Made by a program: the position numbers and the translations under genes. A stretch of 35,678 nt of DNA from a virus (lineage: Duplodnaviria; Caudoviricetes). Positions within the stretch are counted from its first letter, which is position 1. Every line of letters begins with the position of its first letter. Positions 34,098 to 35,678 of the stretch are shown here, in pieces. The notes under the pieces were generated by a model that worked only from the letters and a program-made list of their open reading frames with translations, was not told where the DNA came from and made no database searches. The stretch spans positions 1 through 35,678 of the IMG/VR virus record IMGVR_UViG_3300023283_000077, one strand, 5' to 3'.

Positions 34098-35480
34098 TCA
34101 GTTTATCGTGAGTATGTTTTGCCGCGCGCCAACGCGAATTGTGTTGGCGGCCGCCGGGACGCGCAGTGTCCTGCCGTCTGGAGTAGTGATCTCGATTGTC
34201 AGTATGCCGGCCTGCTGGCCGACGAACACGAGCTGCCCAGCACCCAATTCGAGCGACTGGCCGAACCTCGTATATATGCTCTGCCCGGACAACGCGATGC
34301 TACCGGGCGACACATCTATGCTGATGCCACCGTCAAATTCCGCATCCCGCGCTGTAAATGACAGTGCGCCGCGTGTGACGGACATCGACGCACCGGCAGA
34401 GATGACCCCGGCCAGCCCAGCCAGCGACAACTGGCCCCTGTCCAGTGGCTCAGCATAGCCAGCGGCCACGGCGTGTTGACGCCCCGACGTGACAAGCGAG
34501 CCCGGCTGGATATCCACGGAGACCGGGATGCTATCTCCCGTGACGACAGCCAGCTCCAGCCCCGCGATGCTCAGTGCACCGGCCTGTATCTCTGATCGAG
34601 CGCCCGCCGTGAGGTCAATCGCAGCGCCAGCCGCGGACAATGACCCGCGCAACGCTTCAGGCGCCGCTCCAGCAGACACGTCGCCTGGGGCCCCGCCGAT
34701 GGCCAGGGGGCCCGCCGTCGTATCCATGCGGGCGCCGGCTGACACGGATGCTGCTGTACCGGACAGGGCTAGCGACCCGACTGCCGGGGGCAGATCAGCG
34801 CCTGCAGATACGTCATACTGCGAGCCTCCGAGTGCGATGCTGCCCCGCTGGAGGTCGCCAGCAAAAGCAGTGCCTCCGCCCACGGGCGCCATCGGCGCTG
34901 GATCGCCATCCGTGCCAACGCCAAACCGGGCTATAAAAACTGAATCGTTAGTACGCGAAAACAGCCCAACCCAGCCCGCTGCCGTGATTTCTCCGTCGAT
35001 GTCGTCCGTGTGCCAGACTGACGGCTCCGGGTCCGTGGCCTCCCAAATCCTGGACTGTATCCTGTCCCCAGTGACCCGCAGGCGCAGCCAGTTGTATGTG
35101 ATCGCGCTGTGATTATCTGGAGCAGCAATCGTAAGAATAGTACGCGACCCTGCGACGACCTTCTCACTAATTACTGAGCCATCCCCAACGGGGGATGACA
35201 CATACCCAGTAAATGCCGAGTCGCTGAATCGCCCCCCGCAGCCGCCTTTTTGATTATTGCCGGTGGAGTCCGACCTGCTCTTTATCACCAGCTCAAAATC
35301 TATGGAGGTCCCGGCCTCATCGAAGCTGTAGAACGTAGAGGAGAACGGACCATCCCATCGGATAGCGGGGGTCCCGTTATCGTCCACATGCTCAAACGGA
35401 GCGGCCAGATCGCCATATCGCCCGGTAAATCGGTCGAGTACGCTGGGCCCTTCTGCAGGATCTACAAACCACTGAGCCAT
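34098..35480 (-). CDS. Putative fibre protein: lectin-like N-terminal beta-sandwich + ten ~22-aa repeats
   Basis: WLRLRVTG-I-RIW-EP-W, GWVGL, then G-x-L-x-x-x-G...V-x-AG repeats; 5' part duplicated at 1-201. Confidence 0.7.
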   Translation of the reverse strand: MAQWFVDPAEGPSVLDRFTGRYGDLAAPFEHVDDNGTPAIRWDGPFSSTFYSFDEAGTSIDFELVIKSRSDSTGNNQKGGCGGRFSDSAFTGYVSSPVGDGSVISEKVVAGSRTILTIAAPDNHSAITYNWLRLRVTGDRIQSRIWEATDPEPSVWHTDDIDGEITAAGWVGLFSRTNDSVFIARFGVGTDGDPAPMAPVGGGTAFAGDLQRGSIALGGSQYDVSAGADLPPAVGSLALSGTAASVSAGARMDTTAGPLAIGGAPGDVSAGAAPEALRGSLSAAGAAIDLTAGARSEIQAGALSIAGLELAVVTGDSIPVSVDIQPGSLVTSGRQHAVAAGYAEPLDRGQLSLAGLAGVISAGASMSVTRGALSFTARDAEFDGGISIDVSPGSIALSGQSIYTRFGQSLELGAGQLVFVGQQAGILTIEITTPDGRTLRVPAAANTIRVGARQNILTIN

Positions 35481-35678
35481 TACGGGCTGACTCCAAATGT
35501 GCCGGGCGGATCAGGCCTCACCAGGAACGTCGCCGTATCAGTCGGACCTTTGGCCGACTCCAGCCCGTCGATGTCTGTAGCGGTTATCGTGCATTCGTGC
35601 ACCCCGGTGCCCTGGGCCAGGTCGGTGACCGGCACCTCTCGGCTGCCCGAGCTGACAAATCCCTCCAGCTGCAGTCCT
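35280..35678. repeat. Terminal overlap, copy 2
   Basis: Begins CTTTATCACCAGCTC and ends GCAGTCCT exactly as 1-399. Confidence 0.97.

Overview
Apparently complete, circularly assembled genome (35,279 bp unique; bases 1-399 recur at 35280-35678 with one mismatch) of a GC-rich lambdoid siphovirus, probably infecting a Gammaproteobacterium (inference). The minus strand carries cro/cII-like genes, a Toprim primase-helicase followed by an iteron origin, antiterminator Q, the late promoter, lysis genes, an extra fibre-like module, HNH-terS-terL, HK97-type portal, ClpP-type protease, capsid, neck, tail tube, tape measure and tail tip. The plus strand carries a 434-like CI repressor and an early operon. 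Most notable is a 1,322-bp transposase-less element (1875-3196) with ISL3-like terminal inverted repeats and a perfect 8-bp target duplication. It sits in the 8 bp between the Q stop codon and the late promoter and carries an operon organised like an anti-defence (acr-aca-type) locus: palindromic operator-promoter, 64-aa acidic protein, RHH-like regulator, Ros/MucR zinc-finger protein. Other oddities: an intact inducible lysogeny switch but no recognisable integrase, partition or protelomerase gene; no tail-assembly-chaperone gene; a signal-peptide FN3 protein coupled to a 22-aa-repeat fibre module; a double-domain head-closure protein. All protein family calls are by eye, with no database search.
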